Shown here piece by piece: positions 30,750 through 41,122 of a stretch of 64,000 bases of DNA (position 1 is its first letter; the number at the start of each line of letters is the position of its first letter). The notes beneath the pieces were generated by a model, which saw only the letters and a list, made by a program, of their open reading frames with translations, was not told the origin of the DNA and searched no databases. Made by a program: the position numbers and the translations under genes. The DNA comes from an uncultured delta proteobacterium (GTDB lineage Bacteria; Myxococcota; Myxococcia; Myxococcales; Myxococcaceae): contig CAVZMH010000014.1 of NCBI GenBank assembly GCA_963776345.1, positions 1 to 64,000 of the forward strand, in the 5' to 3' direction.

Positions 30750-31837
30750 GCACGCTCGCCGCCCTCGTCCTCGGCTGGACCGTCGTCGCCGCCCTGTTCA
30801 GCGCGGTGACGCTCTTCCGCGTGCTGCGGCAGCGGCAGGCTCGCGCCCGCCCGGCCGCCACACCGCTTCTCCTGCTCCGGCCCCTCGACGAGCCGACCGA
30901 GGGCGAGCTGGAGAACCTCGCCGTCCCGCTCCCGCCGGACCTCGCGCTGCGCCAGGTCGTCGTCTCGCCGTACCGGCCGCGGCTCCCGGACGCGGTCGAC
31001 TGGCACTACTCGGACCCGCCGTGCCTCAACCGCAAGGTGGGCCACGTGCTCTACGCCGTGGACACGCTCCGACGCCCCGGCGAGCAAGTCCTCGTCGTCG
31101 ACGCGGACGTGGCGGTGGACCGGGCGCTGCTCGAGGGGCTCTCCGGGGCGCTCTCCGCCGGCGCGGCGCTGTCGATGGCGGCCCCCGAGCCGGTGGGCGG
31201 CACGGGGCTCGGCGCGGCGGCGCTGCGTGGGCTGCTCCGCTCGAGCCAGCACAGCTTCGTGGCGCTCGACGTGATGAGCACCGGGTCCAAGGCGGTGTGC
31301 GGCAAGGCGCTCGGCCTGTCCGACGCGGCGCTCGAGGCGCTCCGGGCGCTGACCGGCCACATCGGCGAGGACCTGGAGCTCGCCCGGGAGCTGCACGAGA
31401 GAGGGCTCACGGTGGTGCGGGCCCCCGTCGCGGCGCGGATGCCGCTGCGCGGGCCGACGTCGCCCGGAAGCGCGTTCCGCCGCTTCCGCCGCTGGATGCA
31501 GGTGCTCCGGGCGCACCGGCCGGCGCTGTTCCCCACGGTGCCGCTCCTCCTCGCTCCGACCCCGCTGCTCCTCGTCCTCGCGGTCCTGGTGGGCTCGCCC
31601 GCCGTGGTCACCGCGCTCGCCCTGCTCCTGGCGCTACGCATCGCGCTCGGGCTGGCGCTCACCCGCGGCTGCCCCGACGCGGCCGAGGGCGGCTGGGAGT
31701 GGCTGCTCGGCGAGGCGCTGCTCCTCGCCGCCTGGGTGGGTGCGCTCGGCGGCCGCACCGTCGACTGGCGTGGGGGGTCCTTCACCCTGCGCCCGGGGGG
31801 ACGGATGGAGCGCGCGCTCCGGGGAGGCGAGTCGTGA
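30746..31837 (+). CDS. GT2-type glycosyltransferase, probably for carotenoid glycosylation
   Basis: LNRKV, VVDADV (DxD), HIGEDLEL, RRWMQV; position in the crt operon. Confidence 0.75.
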   Translation: MSTLAALVLGWTVVAALFSAVTLFRVLRQRQARARPAATPLLLLRPLDEPTEGELENLAVPLPPDLALRQVVVSPYRPRLPDAVDWHYSDPPCLNRKVGHVLYAVDTLRRPGEQVLVVDADVAVDRALLEGLSGALSAGAALSMAAPEPVGGTGLGAAALRGLLRSSQHSFVALDVMSTGSKAVCGKALGLSDAALEALRALTGHIGEDLELARELHERGLTVVRAPVAARMPLRGPTSPGSAFRRFRRWMQVLRAHRPALFPTVPLLLAPTPLLLVLAVLVGSPAVVTALALLLALRIALGLALTRGCPDAAEGGWEWLLGEALLLAAWVGALGGRTVDWRGGSFTLRPGGRMERALRGGES

Positions 31838-32157
31838 CCTACGCCCGCTTCCTCGGCCTGTTCGTGGCCCTCCCCCTCGGCGTGCTCCTGGCGCTCTGGT
31901 GGTCGGGGACGGTGAAGCGGCTCCCCTGGAAGGGGATGCTCCAGCTCCTGCTGGTCGTGTACCTGGCCACGGCGCCCTGGGACAACGCGGCGGTGAAGCA
32001 CGGGCTCTGGGACTTCCCTGAGGGGAAGACCTGGGGCATCCGGATCGGCTACCTGCCGCTCGAGGAGTACCTCTTCTTCGGGCTGCAGACGCTCCTCACC
32101 GGGCTCTGGGCGGGGCGGCGGCTGCTCGCGCTGGGCGACCGCGGGGTGGCGGCATGA
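31834..32157 (+). CDS. crtYc: Heterodimeric lycopene cyclase subunit
   Basis: TYARFL, PWDNAAV, GYLPLEEYLFF. Confidence 0.8.
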   Translation: MTYARFLGLFVALPLGVLLALWWSGTVKRLPWKGMLQLLLVVYLATAPWDNAAVKHGLWDFPEGKTWGIRIGYLPLEEYLFFGLQTLLTGLWAGRRLLALGDRGVAA

Positions 32158-32492
32158 ACGGCCCGACCGCCTACCTGGCGCATCTCCTGGTCTGGGCGCT
32201 GCCGGTCATCGGGGTGCAGCTCGCGGTCATCTCCTGGCGGTACCGGCGGCACACCTGGGCGGTGCTGCGGGCCGTGCTCCCGCCGGCGCTGGTCGTCACC
32301 GCCTGGCTCGTCGCCGGGGACCACCTGGCCATCCGCGCCGGGGTCTGGCAGTTCGGCGAGGGGAAGCACCTCGGCGTGTACCTCGGCGCGGTGCCCATCG
32401 AGGAGGCGCTGTTCTTCCTCCTGACCAACCTCCTGGTCGTCTTCGGTCTGGCGCTGTTCTGGCCCCGGGGCGCGGCGGAGGTGACTCCGTGA
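32154..32492 (+). CDS. crtYd: Heterodimeric lycopene cyclase subunit
   Basis: GDHLAIRAGVW, VPIEEALFF. Confidence 0.8.
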   Translation: MNGPTAYLAHLLVWALPVIGVQLAVISWRYRRHTWAVLRAVLPPALVVTAWLVAGDHLAIRAGVWQFGEGKHLGVYLGAVPIEEALFFLLTNLLVVFGLALFWPRGAAEVTP

Positions 32493-33175
32493 TTCCCGCC
32501 TGCAAGGGCTGCCTCCGCCAGCACCTGGTCGACGCGTACGTCCGTCGCAAGGTCCGCGCGTCCTTCCGCGCGGTGTGGCTCCGGGGCGAGCTGCCGCCCG
32601 CGCCGGGAGGGCTCGTGGTCTACGTGAACCACACCAACTGGTGGGACGGCTTCGTGGTGCACCAGCTCGGCAAGGCGGCGGGCTGGGACGGGTACGCGCT
32701 GATGGAGGAGAGGAACCTCGCCTGCTACCCCTTCCTCCGGCACATCGGGGCGTTCTCGGTGCGGCGGGGAGAGGCGGCCTCGTCGCTGGAGACGCTGCGC
32801 TACGCGCGGGGCCTCCTGCGCCAGCCCGGGGCGGCCATCTTCGTCTTCCCCGAGGGCGAGCACCGGCCGCCGGGAGAGCTCCCGCTCCGGCTCGAGCGCG
32901 GGGTGGAGACCCTGGCCCGGATGAGCCAGGTGCCGTCGGTGCCGGTGGCCATCCGCTACGCCTTCTTCGAGCACGAGCGGCCGGACGTGCTCCTCGACAT
33001 CGGCACGCCGCACCCGCCGCTGCGGCTCGCGGACTACCAGCGGCGGCTGGAGGAGCGGGTGGCAGCGCTGCAGGCGGTGACGCGGCTCGAGGGATTCCGC
33101 CCGCTCCTGGAGGGCCACCGCGGCGTCGCCGAGCGCTGGGACGCCGTCCGGGGCCTGGGCGAGGGAGGGCGATGA
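32489..33175 (+). CDS. Lysophospholipid acyltransferase family protein, probable carotenoid glycoside acyltransferase
   Basis: NHTNWWDG (HxxxxD), FPEG. Confidence 0.8.
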   Translation: MIPACKGCLRQHLVDAYVRRKVRASFRAVWLRGELPPAPGGLVVYVNHTNWWDGFVVHQLGKAAGWDGYALMEERNLACYPFLRHIGAFSVRRGEAASSLETLRYARGLLRQPGAAIFVFPEGEHRPPGELPLRLERGVETLARMSQVPSVPVAIRYAFFEHERPDVLLDIGTPHPPLRLADYQRRLEERVAALQAVTRLEGFRPLLEGHRGVAERWDAVRGLGEGGR

Positions 33176-34023
33176 GCCTGCGCATCCGCACCATCGCCCG
33201 CCTCACCGGCGTGCGCGAGGCGACGCTCCGGGCCTGGGAGCGCCGCTACGGCTTTCCCCGGCCGGCCCGCGGGGAGAACAACTACCGGGAGTACTCCCGC
33301 GACGAGGTGGAGGCGGTGCGCCGGGTGGCGCAGCTGCTCCAGGAGGGCTTCTCGGCCTCCGAGGCCATCGAGCAGGTGCGCCGCGTGCCGCTGGGCGAGC
33401 TGCCCATCGGCGCGCAGCTCCGCGAGCGCTTCTGGTCCGCGGTGGCCGTGCTCGACACCGAGGCCGCGGACAGGGCCCTGGAGGACGCCTCGGCGGTGAT
33501 GACCCCCACCGCCCTCTGTGACGGGCTCCTCCTCCCGCTGCTCCGCGAGATGTCCGACCGGCTGGACGTGGCCCGCGAGCACCTCGCCTCGGCGCTCGTC
33601 CGTCAGCGGCTCCGCGCGCTGGTCCTCGCGCCCGGGCCGAGCACCGGGCCGCGCGCGGTGCTGGCCTGCCCGGCGGGGGAGACCCACGAGGGTGGCCTGC
33701 TCGGACTGGGAGTGCACCTCAGGTCGATGGGCTGGACGCTGGCGGTGCTGGGAGCCGACACGCCGGTCGACGCCATCGCCAGCGCGGCGAGGACCCTCCA
33801 GGCCGACGTGGTGGCGCTCTCGCTGGTCATGCCCCGGACGCCGGTGGAGCTCGAGGCCACCCTGGCCGAGGTGGTGCGGGCGGTGCCCTGCCCGGTGGCG
33901 GTGGGCGGCCCCGGGGCCAGGGACGAGGTACGCCGGGTGCTGGCCGCAGGCGCCCACTTCGTGGAGAACGCGCAGGACCTGGGCGAGGTGGCCTCGGCCC
34001 GGCTGCGCCCCGCCGCCCGCTAG
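33172..34023 (+). CDS. carA: MerR-family carotenogenesis repressor with B12-binding-like domain
   Basis: [31 protein letters not shown] closely resembles the M. xanthus CarA N-terminus as I recall it; [20 protein letters not shown]. Confidence 0.8.
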   Translation: MSLRIRTIARLTGVREATLRAWERRYGFPRPARGENNYREYSRDEVEAVRRVAQLLQEGFSASEAIEQVRRVPLGELPIGAQLRERFWSAVAVLDTEAADRALEDASAVMTPTALCDGLLLPLLREMSDRLDVAREHLASALVRQRLRALVLAPGPSTGPRAVLACPAGETHEGGLLGLGVHLRSMGWTLAVLGADTPVDAIASAARTLQADVVALSLVMPRTPVELEATLAEVVRAVPCPVAVGGPGARDEVRRVLAAGAHFVENAQDLGEVASARLRPAAR

Positions 34024-34037
34024 GCTACGAAGTTGCC

Positions 34038-34829
34038 ATGGCGAACCGGGTGGTGCTGGTGACCGGAGGCTCCCGCGGGGTGGGGCGGGCCGTCTCCCTG
34101 GTCCTCGCGGCCGAGGGCTGGGACGTGGTGGCGACGTACCGGCGGGACGAGGAGGCGGCGCGCGCGCTCGAGGCGGAGGTGACGGCGCTCGGGCGGCGGG
34201 CGCTGGTGCTCCGCGCGGACCAGCTGGAGCCCGGGAGCCTGGAGCCGGTCTTCGCCCGGACCCGCGAGACGTTCGGGGGGCTGGACGCGCTGGTGGCCAA
34301 CGCGGCGAGCACCGCCTTCGTGCCGCTGCTGGCGATGAAGCCGCACCAGATGGACAAGACGTTCGCGGTGACGGTGAAGAGCCTGGTGCTCCTCGCGCAG
34401 CTCGCGGTGCCGCTGATGCAGGGGCGCGCCGGAGCGAGCATCGTCGCCGTGTCCGGGATGGACAGCCGGATGCCGCTGCCGTTCCACGGCTTCCTCGGGG
34501 CGATGAAGGGGGCGATGGAGGTGCTGGTGAAGTACCTCGCCGCGGAGCTGGCGGCGGACCGCATCCGGGTCAACGCGGTCAACCCCGGCTACATCGACAC
34601 CGACAGCTCCCGCTTCTACATGGGCCCGGCCTGGGAGGCCCTGGCGGCGAACGTGGAGTCGCAGGTCCCGGCGGGCCACATCGCCACGCCCGAGGAGATC
34701 GCCCGGCCCATCGCCTGGCTCCTCTCCGACGCCGCGGGGTACGTGAACGGGACGACGCTGGTGGTCGACGGGGGTCTCGAGGTGGCCTACGGCATGGCGG
34801 TGGGCGCGCGCATCGCGGCGAAGACGTGA
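34038..34829 (+). CDS. SDR oxidoreductase (enoyl-ACP reductase FabL-like)
   Basis: [27 protein letters not shown]. Confidence 0.85.
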   Translation: MANRVVLVTGGSRGVGRAVSLVLAAEGWDVVATYRRDEEAARALEAEVTALGRRALVLRADQLEPGSLEPVFARTRETFGGLDALVANAASTAFVPLLAMKPHQMDKTFAVTVKSLVLLAQLAVPLMQGRAGASIVAVSGMDSRMPLPFHGFLGAMKGAMEVLVKYLAAELAADRIRVNAVNPGYIDTDSSRFYMGPAWEALAANVESQVPAGHIATPEEIARPIAWLLSDAAGYVNGTTLVVDGGLEVAYGMAVGARIAAKT

Positions 34830-35578
34830 GCGTCCGCCCGTCGCGGGCGAGCGTCGCCGTCACGGTGGCGTTCTGGGCGGTGGCGGGGGTGACGATGCCC
34901 GTGCTCTTCGTCCTGACCGGGCTCCTGTACCTGGTCACCGCCCCCCTGGACCCGGACCGGCGGGTGCTGCACGCCTTCGTCTGCCGGGTGTGCCACGGCT
35001 ACCTCCGCCTCAACCCCCTCTGGCGGGTCCGGGTGGAAGGCCGGGAGCGGATTCCGCCCGGTGCGGCGGTGCTGGTGGTGAACCACCAGTCGCTGGCGGA
35101 CGTGGCCGCGTGCATGGGCCTCCACCGGACCTTCAAGTTCGTCTCCAAGGCGTCGCTCTTCTCCATCCCGCTGGTCGGCTGGGCGATGTTGATGCTGCGC
35201 TACGTGCGGCTGGAGCGGGGGCGGCCGCATTCGACGCGTCAGATGCTCGAGGACTGCCGGCGCTGGCTCCGCCGCGGGGTGGCGGTGCTGATGTTCCCCG
35301 AGGGCACGTACGCACCCGGCGAGGCGCTGCTCCACTTCAAGCCCGGAGCGTTCCTCCTCGCGCGCGACGAGGGTGTCCCGGTGGTCCCGGTGCTCCTCTC
35401 CGGGACGCGGGACCTCGTCCTCGGCGACGGGCCGTGGATGGCGCCGCGGGTGGACATCCGCATCCGGGTGCTGGAGCCGGTGAAGGTCCCGCCCGGGGCG
35501 GACGCGCTGCACGTGGCCGGAGAGATGCGGGCGCGGTTCGCCCGGGAGCTGGGGCGGCCGCTGCACGTGCCGAGCTGA
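34826..35578 (+). CDS. 1-acyl-sn-glycerol-3-phosphate acyltransferase (PlsC-like)
   Basis: [27 protein letters not shown]. Confidence 0.88.
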   Translation: MSVRPSRASVAVTVAFWAVAGVTMPVLFVLTGLLYLVTAPLDPDRRVLHAFVCRVCHGYLRLNPLWRVRVEGRERIPPGAAVLVVNHQSLADVAACMGLHRTFKFVSKASLFSIPLVGWAMLMLRYVRLERGRPHSTRQMLEDCRRWLRRGVAVLMFPEGTYAPGEALLHFKPGAFLLARDEGVPVVPVLLSGTRDLVLGDGPWMAPRVDIRIRVLEPVKVPPGADALHVAGEMRARFARELGRPLHVPS

Positions 35579-35589
35579 CGGGGCCGGCG

Positions 35590-36201
35590 CTACTCGCCGG
35601 TGCAGCGCGAGTAGTTCGGCGTGCTGACGCAGGTGGTCCTGCCGTCGCTGGCGAGGTTCATGTTCTGCCCTGGCGTCGTGCCCTCGTAGTGCTTGCTCCA
35701 GGCCTGGCCTCCGCCCGAGCTGCGGTGGGCCTGCGCGAGGACCATCAGATTCCCGAGCGGAGGGCCACCCTCGAGCCCGTAGTTCCCCTGCGCGTCGACC
35801 CACCAGCGGCCGGGCCACACCTGGCCGATGAGCTGCTGGAGCCCGAGCACGTCCACCGGGTGCAGCTCGCGGCCGTTGACGAAGACACCGGTGAGCCTCC
35901 CCTGGCCGCCGCCCGATGCATCGGCCGGGAGCGGTCCGCCGAGGGCGAGGCCCGGAGGAAGGAAGGCCAGCGTCGGTCCGCCCCAGCGCCCCGAGGCCCC
36001 GGTGCGCGGGTCGTACCAGTACCCGCCGTCGTCGAGGCGGCCCACCCCGCGCTCCAGGCGCTCCAGGGTGGCGAGCTCCGAGGCGCCGAGGAGGCGGTTG
36101 TTGAAGCGGACCTTCCGCGTGGCCGCCGGCTTCGTCGCCGGGGCCTGCCGCGCCTCGGAGGCTCCGGCCATCAGGAGGAGCGTCAGGACCAGCATGCGCA
36201 T
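35590..36201 (-). CDS. Hypothetical secreted protein
   Basis: Signal peptide; GGYWYDPRTGASG, TGVFVNGRELHP, GRWWVDAQGNYG. Confidence 0.65.
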   Translation of the reverse strand: MRMLVLTLLLMAGASEARQAPATKPAATRKVRFNNRLLGASELATLERLERGVGRLDDGGYWYDPRTGASGRWGGPTLAFLPPGLALGGPLPADASGGGQGRLTGVFVNGRELHPVDVLGLQQLIGQVWPGRWWVDAQGNYGLEGGPPLGNLMVLAQAHRSSGGGQAWSKHYEGTTPGQNMNLASDGRTTCVSTPNYSRCTGE

Positions 36202-36315
36202 GGGACACCTCCGGGCGAGCGGCGGCATTCTCGCACCGGCGCGCGCCGGAGGCCCATCCGGCGCCCGGCGAGCGGCCAGGAGACCCCGGATTCCCCGGTA
36301 CCGCGGGGCCCCCGG

Positions 36316-36606
36316 TCAGAGCTCGATGCGGGGCTCGTCCGGGTTCGGCTTGTAGATCAGCACCGTGCGCCCGAGCACCTGCGCCACCAGGGCGCCCGTC
36401 GCGGTGGCGAGCGCCTGGGCCTGCTCCTGCCGGGTGTCGCGGTCCTCGGAGGCGAGCTTCACCTTCACCAGCTCGTGGTCCCAGAGCGCCTGCTCCAGCG
36501 CGGCGACCACGCCCGGGGTGACGCCCTCCTGGCCCACCTGCACCACCGCCGCGAGGTGGTGGCCGAGGGCACGGAGCTTGCGCCGCTGCTTTCCGTCGAG
36601 GGTCAT
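36316..36606 (-). CDS. yhbY: CRM-domain ribosome assembly RNA-binding protein
   Basis: GKQRRKLRALGHHL, VGQEGVT, HELVKVK, QVLGRTVLIY. Confidence 0.93.
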   Translation of the reverse strand: MTLDGKQRRKLRALGHHLAAVVQVGQEGVTPGVVAALEQALWDHELVKVKLASEDRDTRQEQAQALATATGALVAQVLGRTVLIYKPNPDEPRIEL

Positions 36607-36607
36607 C

Positions 36608-39091
36608 TCACTTCTGGCCGGCGATGCGGATCTCGCGCTGCGCGTCCACGTGCTGCGGATCCAGCGCCACGCAGCGCTTGAAGTGCTTCAGCGCGGTCGT
36701 GGCGTCGCCGGTGAGCTTGTACAGCTGGCCGATGAAGTAGTGCGCCGGGGCGCAGCGCTCGTTGAGCTTCAGCGACTGGTTCAGGTCACGCAGGGCCTCC
36801 ACCATCGCCACCTTCTTGTCCGGGAGGGTGAAGAAGCGGGCGTAGCCCCGCCAGGCGTAGAACTCGCCTTCGCGCGGATTGGCGGCGATGGCGTCGTCGA
36901 ACGTCTTCACCGCCTCGGGGAAGCGCCGGGCCCGCACCAGCGCCGTTCCCTTGTTGAAGGTCTCCTCGGCCTGGAGCACCGACTGCACGTCCACCTCGCC
37001 CGGTCCGCCGTCGGCGAGCGTCTCCTTGTAGCGGGCGCGCGAGGCGTCGTCGGCGAGCATCCGGTTGGCCTCGCCGATGGCGGCGAAGATCTCCGCCTTC
37101 GCCCGGCCCAGCTCGGGGGGAGCGTCGGGCGGAACGGTGTCGGGGTGGTACAGCTTGGCGAGCTTGAAGTAGGCCGCCTTCACCGCGGCCGCGTCGACGT
37201 TCTCGGGGACGCCGAGCACCTGGAAGTGGTTCTCCTTCCGGATCTTCTCCAGCTTGGCCTGGAGCGCGCGGAGCTCCGCGGTGAACCCGGGAGAGGCCGG
37301 CCGCGGCGTCGGCATCGGCGCGATGCGGGGCGGGTCGGCCTGGGGGAGCGACGCCAGCCCGGTCGGGGTGATCGCCGGGGCCCGCGGAGCCGCGGGAGCT
37401 TGCGTCGCCGCCGGGGCGGATGGCGCGGTGGGCTTGCGGGGCGGCGCCGGGGCGGCCGCGGCAGGCGCGGGCCGCGGGGGCGGCGTCGCGACCGGAGGGA
37501 CGGGAGTGGGCCGCGACGGGGCCGCGGGCTCGGGACGAGGCGGCGGGGCGGGAGGTGCGCGCAGCGTCACCTCGGGGAACGAGACCGCGTCCAGCTCGCG
37601 CAGGAGCAGCGCGACCCGGAGGATGGTGTCCATCTCGCCGGCGTTGCTCTGCGCGAGGTGCGCCAGCGAGCGGGTGCCGTCGAAGTAGCCCATGGCGCGC
37701 GTCTCCTGCGCGGTGAGGCGGAGGTCAGGCAGCGAATCGCCGGCGCTCCGGCGCACCACTGGCCGCTCGCGCACGTCCATCAGGCGCGACTTGAGGTCGG
37801 GAAGCGGGACCCGGCGGATGACCTCCGCCAGGAGCCCCCAGCGGTTGCCGAGCGGGACCACCTTGCTGGCCGGTAGCTCGAGCGCCTCGAAGCGGAAGCT
37901 CCCGCGCGGCGCGAGGTAGGCGTGGAGGAGGATGTCCGCCGCCCGCTGGGCCAGCGCGGGGAAGACCAGCCCGGGGTTCACGGCGCCGATGGTGAAGAGC
38001 GCAGCGAGCACGTCGTTGCCGTACTTGATCGCCTCGTGCTCGGCACGGGACACCTGATCCGCCGTGGCCAGCCGCTGGGCGACGAGGAAGGGGCCGATCG
38101 CGTCGGAGGCGTGCGTCGACTCGGCCGACTCGGGGTTCCCGCGCCGCATGTACACGGTGGCGGTCCGGTCCTCGAGGTCGAAGAAGAAGAGCCCGGTGGC
38201 GCTGGCCCGCGCGCCCTGGACGTAGACCTTCAGCGCGTTGGTCTCGGCGAGGTCCGCCCGGAGCAGGCTGAAGGTCGAGGTGAGCGGAGTGGCGGCCCGG
38301 GCGGGTGGCTTCGACGCTCCCGGCGGGGCGAGCTCGAAGGGCACCGCCTCGGCCCAGGCATCCTGCGGCTCGAGCGGCGCCTGCCCGCGCGTCGGCGGCG
38401 GGGTGAGAGGCTCGGCGGTGAGCACCGGAACGCTGCCGGTGGGCGTGCGTCCGGCCGCAGCCGCGGGCGCCGGAGCGATGGGCTCGGCAGGCGCGGCGGT
38501 GAGCACGGGAACGGTCTGGAAGGTCCCGGTGGGTGTCCGCCCTGGCGCCGGTGCCGGCGGCGAGGTGAGGGGCTCGGCGGTGATCACGGGAACGCTGTCG
38601 GTGGGCGTCCGTCCGGCCGCTGCCGTAGGCGCCGGAGCGACGGGCTCTGCGGGGGCGGCGGTGAGTACCGGGGGAGCAGCACTCGGTGCGGGAACGGGCC
38701 GTCCGGGCGCTGCGGGCCGGCCTCCCTTCGGTGCGCGGCCCACCGCCGGCGGCGTGCTGGCCCTGTCACCTGCCGCGTCCGTCTGCGCATCGGCGCCGAA
38801 GAGCGCGGCGTCGAGCTGACCCTCGACCGGGCCGGAGGACCCGGCCGGCGCGCCGGACTCCGCGTCGAGCTGGACGTCCCGGCGGTCGTCGTCTCCCCAG
38901 AGGTGGCGGGGGAAGTAGTCGCGCAGCTGCGGGAAGCGGTAGGGGAGCGCGTAGGACTCGCCGTCGGTCGAGACCTGGAGGAGGCCCTGGAGCACGCCGC
39001 CGTCGATGAGGAGCTCGACGGTGGAGGGCTCGATGGGGCCGAACACCTTCCCCTCGCGGTTCCGGACGAAGATCTGCGTGCCGCCCGTCAT
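36608..39091 (-). CDS. DnaJ-domain/TPR protein with Pro-rich linkers and DUF4388-like middle domain
   Basis: HFQVLGV..YFKLAKLYHPD J-domain followed by TPRs; typical myxobacterial architecture. Confidence 0.85.
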   Translation of the reverse strand: MTGGTQIFVRNREGKVFGPIEPSTVELLIDGGVLQGLLQVSTDGESYALPYRFPQLRDYFPRHLWGDDDRRDVQLDAESGAPAGSSGPVEGQLDAALFGADAQTDAAGDRASTPPAVGRAPKGGRPAAPGRPVPAPSAAPPVLTAAPAEPVAPAPTAAAGRTPTDSVPVITAEPLTSPPAPAPGRTPTGTFQTVPVLTAAPAEPIAPAPAAAAGRTPTGSVPVLTAEPLTPPPTRGQAPLEPQDAWAEAVPFELAPPGASKPPARAATPLTSTFSLLRADLAETNALKVYVQGARASATGLFFFDLEDRTATVYMRRGNPESAESTHASDAIGPFLVAQRLATADQVSRAEHEAIKYGNDVLAALFTIGAVNPGLVFPALAQRAADILLHAYLAPRGSFRFEALELPASKVVPLGNRWGLLAEVIRRVPLPDLKSRLMDVRERPVVRRSAGDSLPDLRLTAQETRAMGYFDGTRSLAHLAQSNAGEMDTILRVALLLRELDAVSFPEVTLRAPPAPPPRPEPAAPSRPTPVPPVATPPPRPAPAAAAPAPPRKPTAPSAPAATQAPAAPRAPAITPTGLASLPQADPPRIAPMPTPRPASPGFTAELRALQAKLEKIRKENHFQVLGVPENVDAAAVKAAYFKLAKLYHPDTVPPDAPPELGRAKAEIFAAIGEANRMLADDASRARYKETLADGGPGEVDVQSVLQAEETFNKGTALVRARRFPEAVKTFDDAIAANPREGEFYAWRGYARFFTLPDKKVAMVEALRDLNQSLKLNERCAPAHYFIGQLYKLTGDATTALKHFKRCVALDPQHVDAQREIRIAGQK
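38394..38673 (-). repeat. Imperfect 162-bp (54-aa) internal duplication in the Pro-rich linker
   Basis: PVLTAAPAEP(V/I)APAP(T/A)AAAGRTPT(D/G)SVPV(I/L)TAEPLT occurs twice; ctcggcggtg at 38411 and 38573. Confidence 0.7.
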
Positions 39092-39166
39092 CTGAAGACA
39101 CTCATACCCCAGCCGGGGCCGGGACCGTAACGCGCGATTCCGGGGCTGCGCGAACGCGCCGACGGA

Positions 39167-40666
39167 TCAGCGGCCCGGTCCTGGAGTCGCCCCGACCGCG
39201 CTGCACCGCGTGCGGTACTGCTCGAGGCGAGCCTCGAGATCGCGGCGGACCGCAGCGGGGACCCCGTCGGGCAGGGCGTCGATGGCGCGGGCCTGGCTGG
39301 CGACGGCCTCCGAGCACCGCCCCAGCTGTGCCTGCACCGCGGCCAGCGTGTCCAGCATGCTGGGGTCGTACGGCGCGAGCTGGATCGCCTTGCTGATGAG
39401 GGGCGCGGCCTCGGCGGCCTTGCCCTGCCCGGCGTAGAGCCAGGCCAGGTCGTTCAGCGGCGTCGGGTCGTCGGGCCGGAGGGCGATGGCCTTGCGGAAC
39501 GCAGCCTCGCGCTCGGCCGCAGCCGCGGGGGTCGACACCAGGGCCTGCCCGAGCGCGACCCAGCCGCGCCCATCGTCCGGATGGGCCTCGGTGATCCGCC
39601 GAGCCAGCGTGGCACGCTCCGCGGCGGGCGCCCCTCGAGCCTGGAGCAGGAGCGCGCTGGCGTTCGCCGGCTCGAGCTTGAGCGCCGCGGCGAGCTCGCG
39701 GTGGGCCTCCTCCTCGTGGGCGGGTCGATCGGAGGTCGATCGCGCAGCCGCCATGGCCACGCGGGCGCGCTCGGCATGCACGTCCGCCTCGGTGAGGGCA
39801 GCCTCCTTCATCGGCGTCGCCGGCTGCGTGAAGGGGGCCAGGAACTCGCTGTAGTTGCCGTGCTTGACGTACTGGTTGAGGGCGTCGTCCACGTCCGGAG
39901 TGTTCAGGCCCGGGAGGATGACCTTCCAGGCCTTGTCGGGGTCGATGCCCTTGGCAAGCAACCCCTGCAGCTGGTCGAACTGCGCCGGGTGCGCGTTGTA
40001 GAGCCAGTGCACCATCACCCAGCTCAGGCCGTAGAGCCCGTGCACCGTGGCCTCCGGCATCGCATCGAGCTTGCCCGACCACGCGAGGGCGTCCGCCACC
40101 CGCAGGCTCCGGAACGAGTTGTACTTCCGGATGGCCTCGAGATTGACCGCGCCGACGACCACCGTCTTGCCGTCCTCGCCAGGGCGGACGGTCTCCAGGA
40201 ACTGGGCGAGCCCTTCCGCAAACCAGCGCGGCTGCCGGCGGTAGACGCTCGCCGCGAGGTGGTGGACGAGCTCGTGCCGCAGGATGGAGGTGGTCTCCGG
40301 GGTGGCGAGGCTCGCCCGGTGCTCCCACTTCTCGGGGGTGCCGTACATCACGGCGAAGGGCGGCACCTCGTGGAAGAAGACCCCGGCGAGGTTCCGGCCG
40401 AAGTGGTGCTCGAAGTCGAGCCCGTTGGAGAAGACCGTCATCTCGATCCGGTCGCCCGCGGGCAAGGTGGCTCGCGGCCAGGCGGCGGCGATGATCTCCG
40501 CCCGGAAGCGCTCGGCGGCCAGGGCGGCCTCCCGCGCCGCGCCGGAGCCGAGGTCCGTCCGGAGAACGACGTGCGGCGCCTGGATCTCGCGCCAGCCGGA
40601 GTCGGCCCGCGCCACGCCCGACAGCAGCATTCCCAGAAGGACCGCCCGTTCGACAGCTCGTCTCAT
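39167..40666 (-). CDS. Secreted gluzincin-like (HEXXH) domain + TPR protein
   Basis: Signal peptide, LRHELVH..PRWFAEGLA, C-terminal TPRs (LNDLAW, LDTLA). Confidence 0.8.
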   Translation of the reverse strand: MRRAVERAVLLGMLLSGVARADSGWREIQAPHVVLRTDLGSGAAREAALAAERFRAEIIAAAWPRATLPAGDRIEMTVFSNGLDFEHHFGRNLAGVFFHEVPPFAVMYGTPEKWEHRASLATPETTSILRHELVHHLAASVYRRQPRWFAEGLAQFLETVRPGEDGKTVVVGAVNLEAIRKYNSFRSLRVADALAWSGKLDAMPEATVHGLYGLSWVMVHWLYNAHPAQFDQLQGLLAKGIDPDKAWKVILPGLNTPDVDDALNQYVKHGNYSEFLAPFTQPATPMKEAALTEADVHAERARVAMAAARSTSDRPAHEEEAHRELAAALKLEPANASALLLQARGAPAAERATLARRITEAHPDDGRGWVALGQALVSTPAAAAEREAAFRKAIALRPDDPTPLNDLAWLYAGQGKAAEAAPLISKAIQLAPYDPSMLDTLAAVQAQLGRCSEAVASQARAIDALPDGVPAAVRRDLEARLEQYRTRCSAVGATPGPGR

Positions 40667-40734
40667 GGGTCTCCCCCCTCGGACCTCGACTTTACTCCGG
40701 CGAGGCCGGTCCGTCGGGCTAGAAGGGTGCGGAC

Positions 40735-41103
40735 ATGGACTGGTTCCGCAGCGTCGTGGGGGTGGTGGTGGGGTTCGGCGTCTTCTTCATCGGGTCGCTC
40801 ATGCCGCGGGGCGCCGCCATGGAGCACCCCGGCAGCGCGCCCACTGCCGGGTTCGCCGCCGGGGCGATCGGCTACGGCGTGGTGTTCGCCGCCCTCGCCG
40901 GGTTGACCGCGGCCAGCATCGCCGGGCGCAAGCAAGTGCAGCACGCGGCGGTGGTGGCCGGGCTCATCGCGGTCGCGGCGCTGGCGCACCCCTGGCTCGA
41001 GCCCGGGGCGAACCCGCGCTGGCTGGACCTCGCCGCCGCGCTGCTGATGGCGCCGGCGGCGGTGTTCGCCGGGTGGGCGCGCGGGCGGCTGCAGCCGAGC
41101 TGA
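40735..41103 (+). CDS. Hypothetical membrane protein
   Basis: 122 aa, four hydrophobic segments. Confidence 0.65.
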   Translation: MDWFRSVVGVVVGFGVFFIGSLMPRGAAMEHPGSAPTAGFAAGAIGYGVVFAALAGLTAASIAGRKQVQHAAVVAGLIAVAALAHPWLEPGANPRWLDLAAALLMAPAAVFAGWARGRLQPS

Positions 41104-41122
41104 GGCGCCTCCGGGGCGGCGC

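Noticed and set aside
24846..34023. Carotenoid cluster as a novel pathway
   Set aside because: Gene order and content match the known myxobacterial carB-carA operon. Only the regulatory details are reported as findings
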